From: an uncultured Ectothiorhodospiraceae bacterium
GTDB lineage: Bacteria > Pseudomonadota > Gammaproteobacteria > CAMYNG01
NCBI GenBank assembly: GCA_947259765.1
Contig: CAMYNG010000001.1
Location: 158,219-222,218 of the forward strand
Reading direction: 5' to 3'
Length of the DNA stretch: 64,000 nucleotides
This document shows positions 48,501 through 56,588 of this stretch, in pieces. Position 1 is the first letter of the stretch; every line of letters begins with the position of its first letter. The notes beneath the pieces are model-generated. The model was not told where the DNA came from, did no database searches, and worked only from the letters and a program-made list of their open reading frames with translations. Position numbers and translations under genes: made by a program.

Positions 48501-49407
48501 CTGCTTGTGCCGAGCCACTGTAGAATCCCGCTACCTGGCCGGTTTCTTCCGGCGCCTGAAATACCTGCGCGACATCTCGCACATACACCGGTGCGCCGTT
48601 ATAGACACCCACTACAAGACGCGAGATTTCCTGTGCACTACGTAGAAACGCCCCTGTGTATACCGTAAACGCCTTGTCACTTCCCTCTACAAATCCCGCC
48701 GATTGTTCCGCGTTGGCCGTTTGAATAGTTTGTGCAACCTGCGCCACGCTAAGACCAAACCCACTCAGGCGTTCAGGATAGACCTCGACGCGTATTTGTT
48801 CGGCCCGGCCACCTACAACAAAACCGTTACCCGTATTCGGCACCTGTTCCAGGCGCTGCAAAACATCAAACGCGAGTGTGCGAAGATTTCCATCATCAAC
48901 ATCCTTTGACCAGAGTGTCACAGTGACAATGGGGACATCATCTATTCCCACCGGCTTGACCAATGGCATGGAGACACCGGGTGGAATCATGTCAAGATTG
49001 GACTGCAACTTGTCATGTACCTTGACAATGGATTCGCCCAGGTTTTCGCCGACCAGGAAGCGGACGGTAACGATGTTTGCTCCCCGCTTCGTAGCCGAGT
49101 AGACATGCCGCACACCCGGAATCTCGCTCATGATCCTTTCAAGTGGATCCGTAACCAGGCTGGTTACCTGCTCTGCTGACGCCCCTGGGTATTGCACGTA
49201 GATATCCACCATGGGAACAGAGATTTTGGGATCTTCCTGCCGCGGCGTAAAAAACAGCCCCAGTAAACCGATGGCCAGGAATGCCATCATCAGTAGAGGA
49301 GTTACCGGTGAATTTATAAACTGACGTGCCGTACTACCGGCGATACCCAGCTCTGGATTTAGTTCCGGCTCTGGTTGTTTATCAGTTTGTTGTACTTTTT
49401 CCGTCAC
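45556..49407 (-). CDS. RND (AcrB/AcrD/AcrF-type) efflux permease with ~190-aa C-terminal extension ending in a Lys/Ala/Ser/Thr-rich basic tail
   Basis: The 1283-aa ORF has a 12-TM RND layout with two large periplasmic loops. After the last canonical TM segment it adds an extra hydrophobic segment (MPLALVLWGKVVGVVTWAFYIL) and then a 130-aa low-complexity tail. Confidence 0.9.
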   Translation of the reverse strand: MTEKVQQTDKQPEPELNPELGIAGSTARQFINSPVTPLLMMAFLAIGLLGLFFTPRQEDPKISVPMVDIYVQYPGASAEQVTSLVTDPLERIMSEIPGVRHVYSATKRGANIVTVRFLVGENLGESIVKVHDKLQSNLDMIPPGVSMPLVKPVGIDDVPIVTVTLWSKDVDDGNLRTLAFDVLQRLEQVPNTGNGFVVGGRAEQIRVEVYPERLSGFGLSVAQVAQTIQTANAEQSAGFVEGSDKAFTVYTGAFLRSAQEISRLVVGVYNGAPVYVRDVAQVFQAPEETGQVAGFYSGSAQAADAQDVNGAPAVTVAIAKKIGTNGVTVANAVIEKLESLKGNLIPGNVEIAITRDYGKTANDKVNELLTALFEAAIAVSILCLIGLGLRAASVVITIIPIVILVTIWSAWIIDYTIDRVSLFALVFSIGILVDDATVVVENIFRRWLAAGKTTLAIAIDAVREVGNPTILATLTIIAALLPMGFVSGLMGPYMRPIPVLGSAAMFFSLIAAFVFAPWFAMRVRPQLEALKKAEVREERIRAWIGRVYRPCMNPLCNNRVLGLTFMFGLIGATFLACAMFYFNIVTVKMLPFDNKPEFNVVINMPEGTALPVTANVTHSLAEKLRGIPEVTALQSYVGTSSPFNFNGMVRHYYLRSQPWQSDIQVMLLDKNERERGSHEIAVAARHLLNEFIDARPDVKATGVRIQVVEMPPGPPVLQTVVAEVYGPDADTRRQVARDMTAMFEEADGVVDVDNYLSAQFEFWQFEVDIEKAVRYGVSVDTINQNLAMSMGGFKLGDIKRRVVREPTYIVIQVPLPVRAQIQRLKNLPIMSKSGGTIPLAELGRFVPRPEDSVIFHKDLRPIEYVTGEMEGELGAPIYGMFNVEDLLAKYTTPDGVTISGMPLGLIGPPKSDIRSGIEWTGEWTVTYETFRDMGLAFMAALVLIYGLIVWEFKNFTLGGLIMAPIPLTLIGIIPGHWLVGAEFTATSMIGFIALAGIIVRNSILLVEFVKKEAEQNNDIVEAVIAAGQIRMRPIFITALTLMAGAAAIITDPIFQGMAVSLLFGTGVATILTLVVIPLGCISARKQFYFSDVPGDAAIATAADEPITAANKMPLALVLWGKVVGVVTWAFYILRAIYMMLRMAIASLLQRFRRSGNDSGSTPDGTPDGGTPGGGGSPSAPSSAPAAVKPVAETASKPSTAKTQARSRSTAKKKSVGKKSAAATSSSRTRKTTRKAKKPAGSTTSKTTNIKKTAKKATVKKTVKGKRVPSRAKRRVTSPKDEPG

Positions 49408-49458
49408 GGAAGAATTCTCAGTACGATTCTCTTTTCCAACTGCCGAGGTATCAGTAAA

Positions 49459-50676
49459 TTATTGTGCTGTGTCGTTAGAATCAGATTTCCACGACGACGA
49501 CATTCCCGCCGGTGGCGCTGCAACAACTTGCTCACCTGACCGTATACCGGAAAGTACCGTGACATGGTTGTCACCCACAGACTCACCAAGTCGAATTAAA
49601 CGAAGCTCGGTTTTGTTGTTCTGTCCAAGAACAAAAACCGCCGGCAGACTTCCGCGCCAGAGAATGGCCGAGGCAGGGATCATCGGTAGCGACTGAATCG
49701 GTGCGTCAGCATCGGGCACCATAACTTCAGCATACATACCTGGCGCGGCTGGTACGCCAATGGGTAAATCGAATTTAACAGTCACGGTATGGCGTGCGGT
49801 ATCCGCGACCGGAAAGATCTGTGCGACACGGGCGTTTACGTGCCGGTCGCCAACGTCCAGAACTGCAGGTACCACCATGTCTCGACGTAGTGAGCGCATA
49901 AGTCGTGCAGGAACTTCGATTCGAAGTTGCAGATCGCGCGTATCCGCGAAATGCAAAAGTGGTTGACCGGGTTGAACAATGTCACCCTGCTCCACCAACT
50001 TGCTGACAATTACTCCTGTGAATGGTGCGACTGACCTGCTGTCGCGTAATTTCGCTTCAACTTCCTGCAAACGCGAATAGGCACCCCAGTGCTGCCCTTG
50101 TGCCTTGCCTAATCGGGAACGATAGGAGTAAAGATCCGCCTGTCTTTCAAGCCAGGGGTTACCGTAACCCATGCCGCTGCCCACGTTTCGTGTAAAAAAT
50201 TGATCAAACAACGACGGCAAGCCCATGCCCGGCATTTTTCCTATATCGCGCGACTGCGGTGCCATAAACTCTTTTCCGTATTGCACCTGAGCATTACTCA
50301 TGTCATAGGCGGAATTTCCAATTTCCGCCAAGGCCTGCTGTCGGCGCGCACGCAACTCGTCATCATCTACCGCAACTAGAAGCTCTCCGGCTTCGAACCA
50401 ATCACCCTCTATCCCGGCCAAATAGCGAATCTGTCCGGGTAACTGCGCAGACAGAGTGACCGTACGGTACGGCACAACCGAACCGCCGAGAATCACCGCA
50501 GCGCCGGTATTGGTGTTTGTTACGGTAAATAAACCAGGCTGATTCGCGGCCTGTGCTGTGCTCGTTGCTAGCGGATAGGAACTTTCTCCAAAACCGCTCG
50601 CACCAACTTCCGCAGAAATTACCAAACACAGCAAACAAGCAGCATATCGAAAAACTTCTGGAGTAAATTTTTTCAT
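49459..50676 (-). CDS. RND efflux periplasmic adaptor (membrane fusion protein, HlyD family)
   Basis: The protein has a signal peptide, a lipoyl/hairpin/beta-barrel layout (VAVDDDELRARRQQA..., VIVSKLVEQGDIVQPGQPLL...) and lies directly upstream of the RND gene. Confidence 0.85.
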   Translation of the reverse strand: MKKFTPEVFRYAACLLCLVISAEVGASGFGESSYPLATSTAQAANQPGLFTVTNTNTGAAVILGGSVVPYRTVTLSAQLPGQIRYLAGIEGDWFEAGELLVAVDDDELRARRQQALAEIGNSAYDMSNAQVQYGKEFMAPQSRDIGKMPGMGLPSLFDQFFTRNVGSGMGYGNPWLERQADLYSYRSRLGKAQGQHWGAYSRLQEVEAKLRDSRSVAPFTGVIVSKLVEQGDIVQPGQPLLHFADTRDLQLRIEVPARLMRSLRRDMVVPAVLDVGDRHVNARVAQIFPVADTARHTVTVKFDLPIGVPAAPGMYAEVMVPDADAPIQSLPMIPASAILWRGSLPAVFVLGQNNKTELRLIRLGESVGDNHVTVLSGIRSGEQVVAAPPAGMSSSWKSDSNDTAQ

Positions 50677-50775
50677 GATTCAACTCAATGCTTTCTTTGA
50701 GAGAACCCGCAATGGGATTTTGTTTTTAATTTGATAAAACCGGTAAAAGCTGTCGATGCCAGTCGGATCACATGC

Positions 50776-51171
50776 TTACGCACGCCCCATCACGGCGAAA
50801 CTTTTTATAAACGGTGCAGCCATACGCGGATCCTTGATCATGGCCGCGTAATCACCCTTGTTGAATTTGAGTTTTCGAGAGGTATAGGCCATACCCAGGC
50901 CCATCATGCCAGGTGGTTTGTCTATCCATTTCACCCAGTTATTCGTTGATGCACGCAAATCCCAGTTCAGTTCCTGCCCACTAAACGCTTCAGCAGAAAC
51001 GGCCTTGCCATTCTCAACCGTTAGCACCACTTTGGGGTCGGCGTCATCTTCAAGCCCGTAGCCGATTGCCGACGAGAAACCGATTTTTGCTAGTTCATCC
51101 GCCAATCCCGGCTCATTGTTCCAGGCGTCGACATAATTCTGCATCCACTCTTTGGAAAATAGTTCTGACAT
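50776..51171 (-). CDS. SCP2 (sterol-carrier-protein-2)-like small lipid-binding protein
   Basis: The 131-aa protein has an SCP2-like pattern (...WDLRASTNNWVKWI...MAYTSRKLKFNGDYAAMIK... approx.). I trimmed the start to the ATG at 51171 (MSELFSKEW). Confidence 0.65.
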   Translation of the reverse strand: MSELFSKEWMQNYVDAWNNEPGLADELAKIGFSSAIGYGLEDDADPKVVLTVENGKAVSAEAFSGQELNWDLRASTNNWVKWIDKPPGMMGLGMAYTSRKLKFNKGDYAAMIKDPRMAAPFIKSFAVMGRA

Positions 51172-51217
51172 ACTGCACCCCCGTGTCGCATTTTCATTGT
51201 TGTCGTTCAGTTGAAGT

Positions 51218-51233
51218 AGCAAATGACATGCCA
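51218..51233 (-). promoter_or_regulatory. Sigma-54 (-24/-12) type promoter for the SCP2-adaptor-RND transcription unit
   Basis: The minus strand reads TGGCAT-GTCAT-TTGCT, which has the exact GG-N10-GC spacing of TGGCAC-N5-TTGCW. It lies 47-62 nt upstream of the SCP2 start. A GAFTGA enhancer-binding protein gene is divergent. Confidence 0.6.
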
Positions 51234-51355
51234 TTTTTTAACCACTTGTTTTACAAAGAAATATTTCTATTGCCAAGTGTGATGTTGCATCTGGGAAATA
51301 TCATCTCCTGCCATCAACCCACTGATTTAATTAGAGATAAACACAAATTTAAGAG

Positions 51356-51390
51356 TGCAACGTGTTGCGCAACCTGAGCGGAACTGCAAC
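51356..51390. promoter_or_regulatory. Candidate upstream activator sites (TGCAAC half-sites and GTTGCGCAAC palindrome)
   Basis: TGCAAC occurs at 51356-51361 and 51385-51390, and the perfect 10-bp palindrome GTTGCGCAAC at 51364-51373. These lie about 125-155 bp upstream of the -24 element. Confidence 0.35.
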
Positions 51391-51432
51391 ACTTGTATAA
51401 ATTGCATGAACGAAGTACGGGAAGGTGGAGTA

Positions 51433-52779
51433 ATGGTTAGAATTTCAAGTCTGTTCCCGATGCTGGAGGCGGTGGTTTCCAATATCGCCGAGGGTGTGCT
51501 CATTGTTGATAAAAAGGGCAACGTTCAATACCAGAACCCCTCCGCCGCAGAGCTTCTTGGATTACGTCCCGGTCAGCCGCTATCCAAGTTGCACGATGTC
51601 AGCCAATTCAATTTACAACGCGCGATACTGAAGGCGGCCATCGACGCCGGTGAGGTTGATGCCGCGGGTCAGCCCAGTGGTGCGTTTGTTCAGTTTGAAC
51701 AAAAAATTCATCGAGAAAACGGTGATCTGTATCTGGAATTTTACACTGGGTTTGTCAATTGTCAGGAAACCCACAGCCAGGCCCGTCTCATTCTGATTCG
51801 GGACCGAACCCAGCAACGACGACTGGAGGCGGTTTATCAAAACAAGTACCCGGATCTTGAGAGTAGCGATCCCCACATGTTGGAAGTGGTCGACCGGATA
51901 CGACAAATTGCACCCACCAACGCGTTCGTACTTTTGCAGGGGGAATCCGGTACGGGTAAAACATTATTGGGAAGAATGATTCACCGCTTGAGTTCAAGAG
52001 GCAGCCACGCGTTCGTTGAGCTTAACTGCGCGGCAATTCCGGAAACCCTAATCGAGTCTGAATTATTTGGCCACGTTAAAGGTGCTTTTACCGGCGCCAC
52101 ACAAGATCGTCTAGGACGATTTCAGGCGGCCCATCAGGGCACTTTGTTCCTCGACGAAATTAGTGAGATCCCTTTACACCTGCAAGCCAAACTTTTGCGC
52201 GCAATTCAAGAGCAGGAGTTTGAGATGGTGGGTTCGAATAAAACTGAAAAAGTTGATGTACGCATCATCGCGGCTTCAAATCGCAACTTGCGCGATTTGG
52301 TCGACGCCGGTGAGTTCAGGGCTGATCTCTTTTACAGGTTGGCTGTTATTCCCATAACAATTCCGGCTTTGCGGGAACGCCCCGGTGATATCCCATTGCT
52401 CACAAATTACTTCATTGCTCGGCTCGCCGCACGCGGTTATCCCGACGATATCGAATGTACCCACGAGGCGATGCGAATGATGATGAATTACCCGTGGCCC
52501 GGAAACGTACGTGAGCTTGAAAATGCCATTGAGCACGGAATTATTTGTGCTGAACAGAACCGAATTTTGCCGGACTCTCTGCCGCAGGATATTTTCGCCT
52601 TTAGTCATAAAAGTGAGACGCCTACGCTGGATGTGAATTTTGATGTGCATCAGGAACGTGAGCACGAGATCTTACTGGCACTGCAACGCGCCAATGGCAG
52701 CAAGGCGATGGCAGCGCGTATTCTGGGGATAGATCGTTCTACGTTGTGGCGACGTATGCAGCGGCTTGGAATCCAATGA
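51433..52779 (+). CDS. Sigma-54-dependent transcriptional activator (PAS - AAA+ - Fis-type HTH)
   Basis: The ORF has a PAS-like N-terminus, Walker [17 protein letters not shown] (KGAFTGATQ), ESELFGH and a C-terminal HTH ([24 protein letters not shown]). I chose the start ATG at 51433, preceded by GGTGGAG. Confidence 0.88.
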   Translation: MVRISSLFPMLEAVVSNIAEGVLIVDKKGNVQYQNPSAAELLGLRPGQPLSKLHDVSQFNLQRAILKAAIDAGEVDAAGQPSGAFVQFEQKIHRENGDLYLEFYTGFVNCQETHSQARLILIRDRTQQRRLEAVYQNKYPDLESSDPHMLEVVDRIRQIAPTNAFVLLQGESGTGKTLLGRMIHRLSSRGSHAFVELNCAAIPETLIESELFGHVKGAFTGATQDRLGRFQAAHQGTLFLDEISEIPLHLQAKLLRAIQEQEFEMVGSNKTEKVDVRIIAASNRNLRDLVDAGEFRADLFYRLAVIPITIPALRERPGDIPLLTNYFIARLAARGYPDDIECTHEAMRMMMNYPWPGNVRELENAIEHGIICAEQNRILPDSLPQDIFAFSHKSETPTLDVNFDVHQEREHEILLALQRANGSKAMAARILGIDRSTLWRRMQRLGIQ

Positions 52780-53216
52780 GGATTTGAGTCCCGGATTATT
52801 TCAAACCGGGCGAGTCAAGCTAGCAGAGCGGGCGGTTACATCCCCTGCGCTTGCAAAGGTAGAACAGAACACCCACGACCAATGCCACGGAAACTGCACC
52901 CACCAGTGTTAATGTGTCCAGACTGAGCATGCGTTAATTACCTTTAATTTTGTATATAAATAGTGCGACTGACGCTTTAATATTAGTTTTTTCTAATATT
53001 GATTTCAAGCTGCCTTAATCGTTTTTTTCGGATTGATTGATTACCTATTGTTTTTCAAACATTTTTTTGGATTAATCCAACCAAATAAACGAGTGTGCGT
53101 GGGCACCATTTCTACAGGAAGAAACTGATCTATCCTTATTAATAGATTACTGTCCAGTCATGGCAGTCGGATTTTGAGATTATTAACGTACAGCAAACAA
53201 CAGCTAAGGGTGTTTT

Positions 53217-54716
53217 ATGTCTCGTCTTCTCAGCGTCTCGCGCGCAGCGCGACTTGTGGGTACCACGCGGGGTGCCCTGCAAAAACGGATCCGAAACGGA
53301 GAAATTGCCAGTTTCGAGGGACAGGTCAAACTGACCGACCTTGGGGAGCTCTACCCTGATGTCGCGATGGAAGACACCACCATGCTGGAGCGTGTCGAAC
53401 AGATAATCGAACGCGCATTTCACCAGGTTCGTAGCGGGCAATCCGCGGCACCTGATATGCAAACGCTGGCGTCACGTGTTACCGAGCTCAGTAACGAACT
53501 GGCAAACGCCAAGTTCGAAGTAAGCAACTACAGCATTCTAATTGATAAGTTAAAATCCAAACTCAGAGCCTTACAGCAGGACAGTTCCGTCGAGGTTGCG
53601 ACTGCGGCAACGCAACTTACGGAATGGTTAGCCTATGAACTTTCTAATCAACCCACCCTGGAGCCCGTACAGGAAGAACTGATTGCAAGCGATAATCTGC
53701 TGCGCATTGTAGCCGCCCAGGTCCACGTGGTTCCCAGTGGTCATGAGTTTCTTGTCCAGGGGTCCGATTCTGTTTTGGACGCAGCCCTGAGCGCAGGACT
53801 TGCCATGGACTACGGATGTAGTAACGGCAACTGCGGAAAATGCAAAGCGCGTCTTGTGTCTGGTGAACTAAGGAAAACACGGAATCATGACTACGTGCTC
53901 ACCGAAGCCGAAAAGTTGCATGGATATTTTCTTTGCTGCTCAAATTCTGCTGTTACCGATGTTGTCGTTGAGGCAAATGAAGCACATAACGAAAATGAGA
54001 TACCGTTACAACGCATCACTGCACAAGTCAGGAAAGTCGATTTTCCACACGACGACGTTGCTGTACTAAGTCTGAAGACGCCAAGAACGCAACGGCTTCG
54101 ATTTATGGCGGGTCAGTCCGTGGACTTAACCATTAACGGCTTACCTGCTCATAGCTTGCCGATCGCGAGTTGTCCTTGTGACGACAGGAACCTGCAGTTT
54201 CACATCCCACGGAAAAATGGTGATGAGTTTTCGGATTATATATTTGAGTTAAAAAATGCCTCCTCAGGTGCAGTAACAATCGAGGGGCCCAGTGGTCATT
54301 TTGTTCTGCATGAAGAAGATCTTCAGCGACCGTTGATTTTTGTCGCCTACGATACCGGATTTGCGCCTATAAAAAGTCTTATCGAACACGCATTGAATCT
54401 AGAAACCTCAGAGCTCGTGCATCTATATTGGGTAGCACCAAAGAGTCGTGGTCACTATCTCGGTAACATGTGCCGTGCCTGGGCCGATGCGTTTGACTCG
54501 TTCCGCTATTCGGCAATTCTTGCAAACGATAGCAAGGAGATGGAATTCGGCCACGAAACAGTCGATACGCTTTACGATACTCTTATAGCCGAACACAATG
54601 ATTTGAGCGTCTGCGATGTATTCGTATCTGGCCCTGATCGCCCTGTTACGCAATTCGAAAGTATCCTTCAGCAAAGCGGTCTAAATGCATCACAGATATT
54701 CCGTCAAATTGCGTAA
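53217..54716 (+). CDS. HTH - coiled coil - [2Fe-2S] ferredoxin - FNR-like fusion protein (putative redox-sensing regulator)
   Basis: There is an N-terminal MerR/excisionase-type HTH (LSVSRAARLVGTTRGALQKRIRNGEI). A plant-type ferredoxin Cys pattern follows (CSNGNCGKC...LCC). The FNR-like barrel/Rossmann module has altered cofactor motifs. Confidence 0.72.
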   Translation: MSRLLSVSRAARLVGTTRGALQKRIRNGEIASFEGQVKLTDLGELYPDVAMEDTTMLERVEQIIERAFHQVRSGQSAAPDMQTLASRVTELSNELANAKFEVSNYSILIDKLKSKLRALQQDSSVEVATAATQLTEWLAYELSNQPTLEPVQEELIASDNLLRIVAAQVHVVPSGHEFLVQGSDSVLDAALSAGLAMDYGCSNGNCGKCKARLVSGELRKTRNHDYVLTEAEKLHGYFLCCSNSAVTDVVVEANEAHNENEIPLQRITAQVRKVDFPHDDVAVLSLKTPRTQRLRFMAGQSVDLTINGLPAHSLPIASCPCDDRNLQFHIPRKNGDEFSDYIFELKNASSGAVTIEGPSGHFVLHEEDLQRPLIFVAYDTGFAPIKSLIEHALNLETSELVHLYWVAPKSRGHYLGNMCRAWADAFDSFRYSAILANDSKEMEFGHETVDTLYDTLIAEHNDLSVCDVFVSGPDRPVTQFESILQQSGLNASQIFRQIA

Positions 54717-54794
54717 TGCTTGTCAAAATGCGCCTTGGATTAATACGGTATTTTAAGTATCCTTAGATACGGTTCAAGTCAAAATAAAAATATT

Positions 54795-56588
54795 GTGTCT
54801 TTAGATAAGATCACACTAAACATTTGTCTTCAGACTGTTCGCGGTCAGCGCTTTAGCCTGATCGTTATTTTGGTATTCCTAACTCTCTTTTGGACATCCA
54901 GTGTAGGCGCCGTCGTACGCAATGTACCTGGCGATTTCGGTAGCATACAGGACGCCATTAATGGCTCCGACGTGAATGACACCATTATCGTCGAACGCGG
55001 CACCTACAACGAAGTTCTAATTGTCAACAAAAACGGACTCACCATTCGCGGCAGAGAAACCGCGCAAACGTTTATTGATCCGGGCTCTGCAAACACTGCG
55101 ATCAGCATCGACGGCCTGAGTAATGTCACAATTGCCAACTTTACGTTTATTAACGCAAAAACAGGAGTTTCTGTTTCTGGAATAAACAACACTATATCAA
55201 TAGAGAACAACGTTTTTGATGTTGGCACGGCAAATACTGGAGTTGAGATTGTCAACACGTTTCTGGGTGGAATCATAGATAACAACACCTTTCACAGAAA
55301 CAATACTGCAGTTCTAAGCAGCTTGACGGACGCAAACATCAGAAACAACATTTTCTTTGGCAACTCCACCGCAATTCAAACCATTGATAATCCCCAGAAT
55401 GTTACATTTAACTGTTTTTTCGGCAATGCCGACAATGGTAGCGTTGGAGCGAATGAAGTCACGGGAAATCCACTGCTTGTCAATCCCGGTGCGCGGGATT
55501 TTCACCTGCAAACGAACTCGCCGTGTATCGATGAAGGTACAGGTACGGACATTATCGACGGAACAGTCGCCGATATTGGCGCCTACGGCGGAAACCTAGC
55601 CGATAAATTTCCCTTTCCGACACCACAACCTTCTGCCACCGATACCAGCCCGTCGCCTTCCGGACCTTTCAGCATCAACATGAGTTGGGCGGCAAATACT
55701 GCCTATTTGGTAGCCGGTTACGATGTCTATTACGGTACGGCGCCCGGCGTATACAACGGTGCTGACGCCGCCGAAGGTACCTCACCAATACCCGCCGGCA
55801 ATGTAACCGGCTTCTCGCTAACAAACTTGAGCCCGTCTCCCGGGACGCCCTCGACACCGACGCTGATTTCTGTTGCGCCCAGTAACCAAACACTTTCGCT
55901 CGAATGGTCCGCGGCGGCTCAGGCTTCTAGCTATCGTGTACTCTACGGTGTGGCTTCGGTCAATGAAAACACCATCAATGTTGGTAACGTGACCAAATAC
56001 GATTTGGGTGGATTGGAAAACGGCACAACCTATCTCGTATCAATTCAGGCGATCGCCCAGCAAACCTATTACCTTGCGACTAAGGTTTACGACAACACAG
56101 GCAATCGCAACACCAGCACGTTTTCAGCTGAACAGTCCATTGCCATCGGTCCCACGAATGAAAGTGCGCTGTCCAACACCATGAGCGGACTGCCCGAGGC
56201 CGTGCTGGCGTTCCCGAATTTACCTAACGAGGGGTGTTTTATTGCTACTGCCGCGTACGGTGCAGATCACGCGCCGGAGCTAACAATTCTACGTGAGTTC
56301 CGTGACGAGGTGCTGCTCACCAATCGCGCCGGACACCTGCTTGTCGCAATGTATTACCGCTACAGTCCACCTGTGGCCGCTGTGATCGCAGACTATCCCT
56401 GGTTAAAAGCACTGGTACGAGCACTCCTGCTGCCGATTGTGATTGTCGCCGTGTTTATTCTACAGGCCTCCACAATTCCTAAACTGCTCGTAACGACATT
56501 ATTCTTAATCCTGGTCTGGCGTTTTACGAGCCGGTTAATCGCCCGAATTCGTAATTTACGCAGAGGACATCTGCTCAAGGCGACGTAA
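54795..56588 (+). CDS. Secreted parallel-beta-helix / fibronectin-III protein with Cys-containing C-terminal membrane module
   Basis: The ORF has a GTG start and a signal-anchor. It has PbH1-type repeats (NVTIANFTFINAKTGVSV..IENNVFD..IIDNNTFH..IRNNIFFGN) and two FN3-like domains. The C-terminus reads CFIATAAYG...LREFRDEVL... followed by two TM segments. Confidence 0.7.
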   Translation: MSLDKITLNICLQTVRGQRFSLIVILVFLTLFWTSSVGAVVRNVPGDFGSIQDAINGSDVNDTIIVERGTYNEVLIVNKNGLTIRGRETAQTFIDPGSANTAISIDGLSNVTIANFTFINAKTGVSVSGINNTISIENNVFDVGTANTGVEIVNTFLGGIIDNNTFHRNNTAVLSSLTDANIRNNIFFGNSTAIQTIDNPQNVTFNCFFGNADNGSVGANEVTGNPLLVNPGARDFHLQTNSPCIDEGTGTDIIDGTVADIGAYGGNLADKFPFPTPQPSATDTSPSPSGPFSINMSWAANTAYLVAGYDVYYGTAPGVYNGADAAEGTSPIPAGNVTGFSLTNLSPSPGTPSTPTLISVAPSNQTLSLEWSAAAQASSYRVLYGVASVNENTINVGNVTKYDLGGLENGTTYLVSIQAIAQQTYYLATKVYDNTGNRNTSTFSAEQSIAIGPTNESALSNTMSGLPEAVLAFPNLPNEGCFIATAAYGADHAPELTILREFRDEVLLTNRAGHLLVAMYYRYSPPVAAVIADYPWLKALVRALLLPIVIVAVFILQASTIPKLLVTTLFLILVWRFTSRLIARIRNLRRGHLLKAT

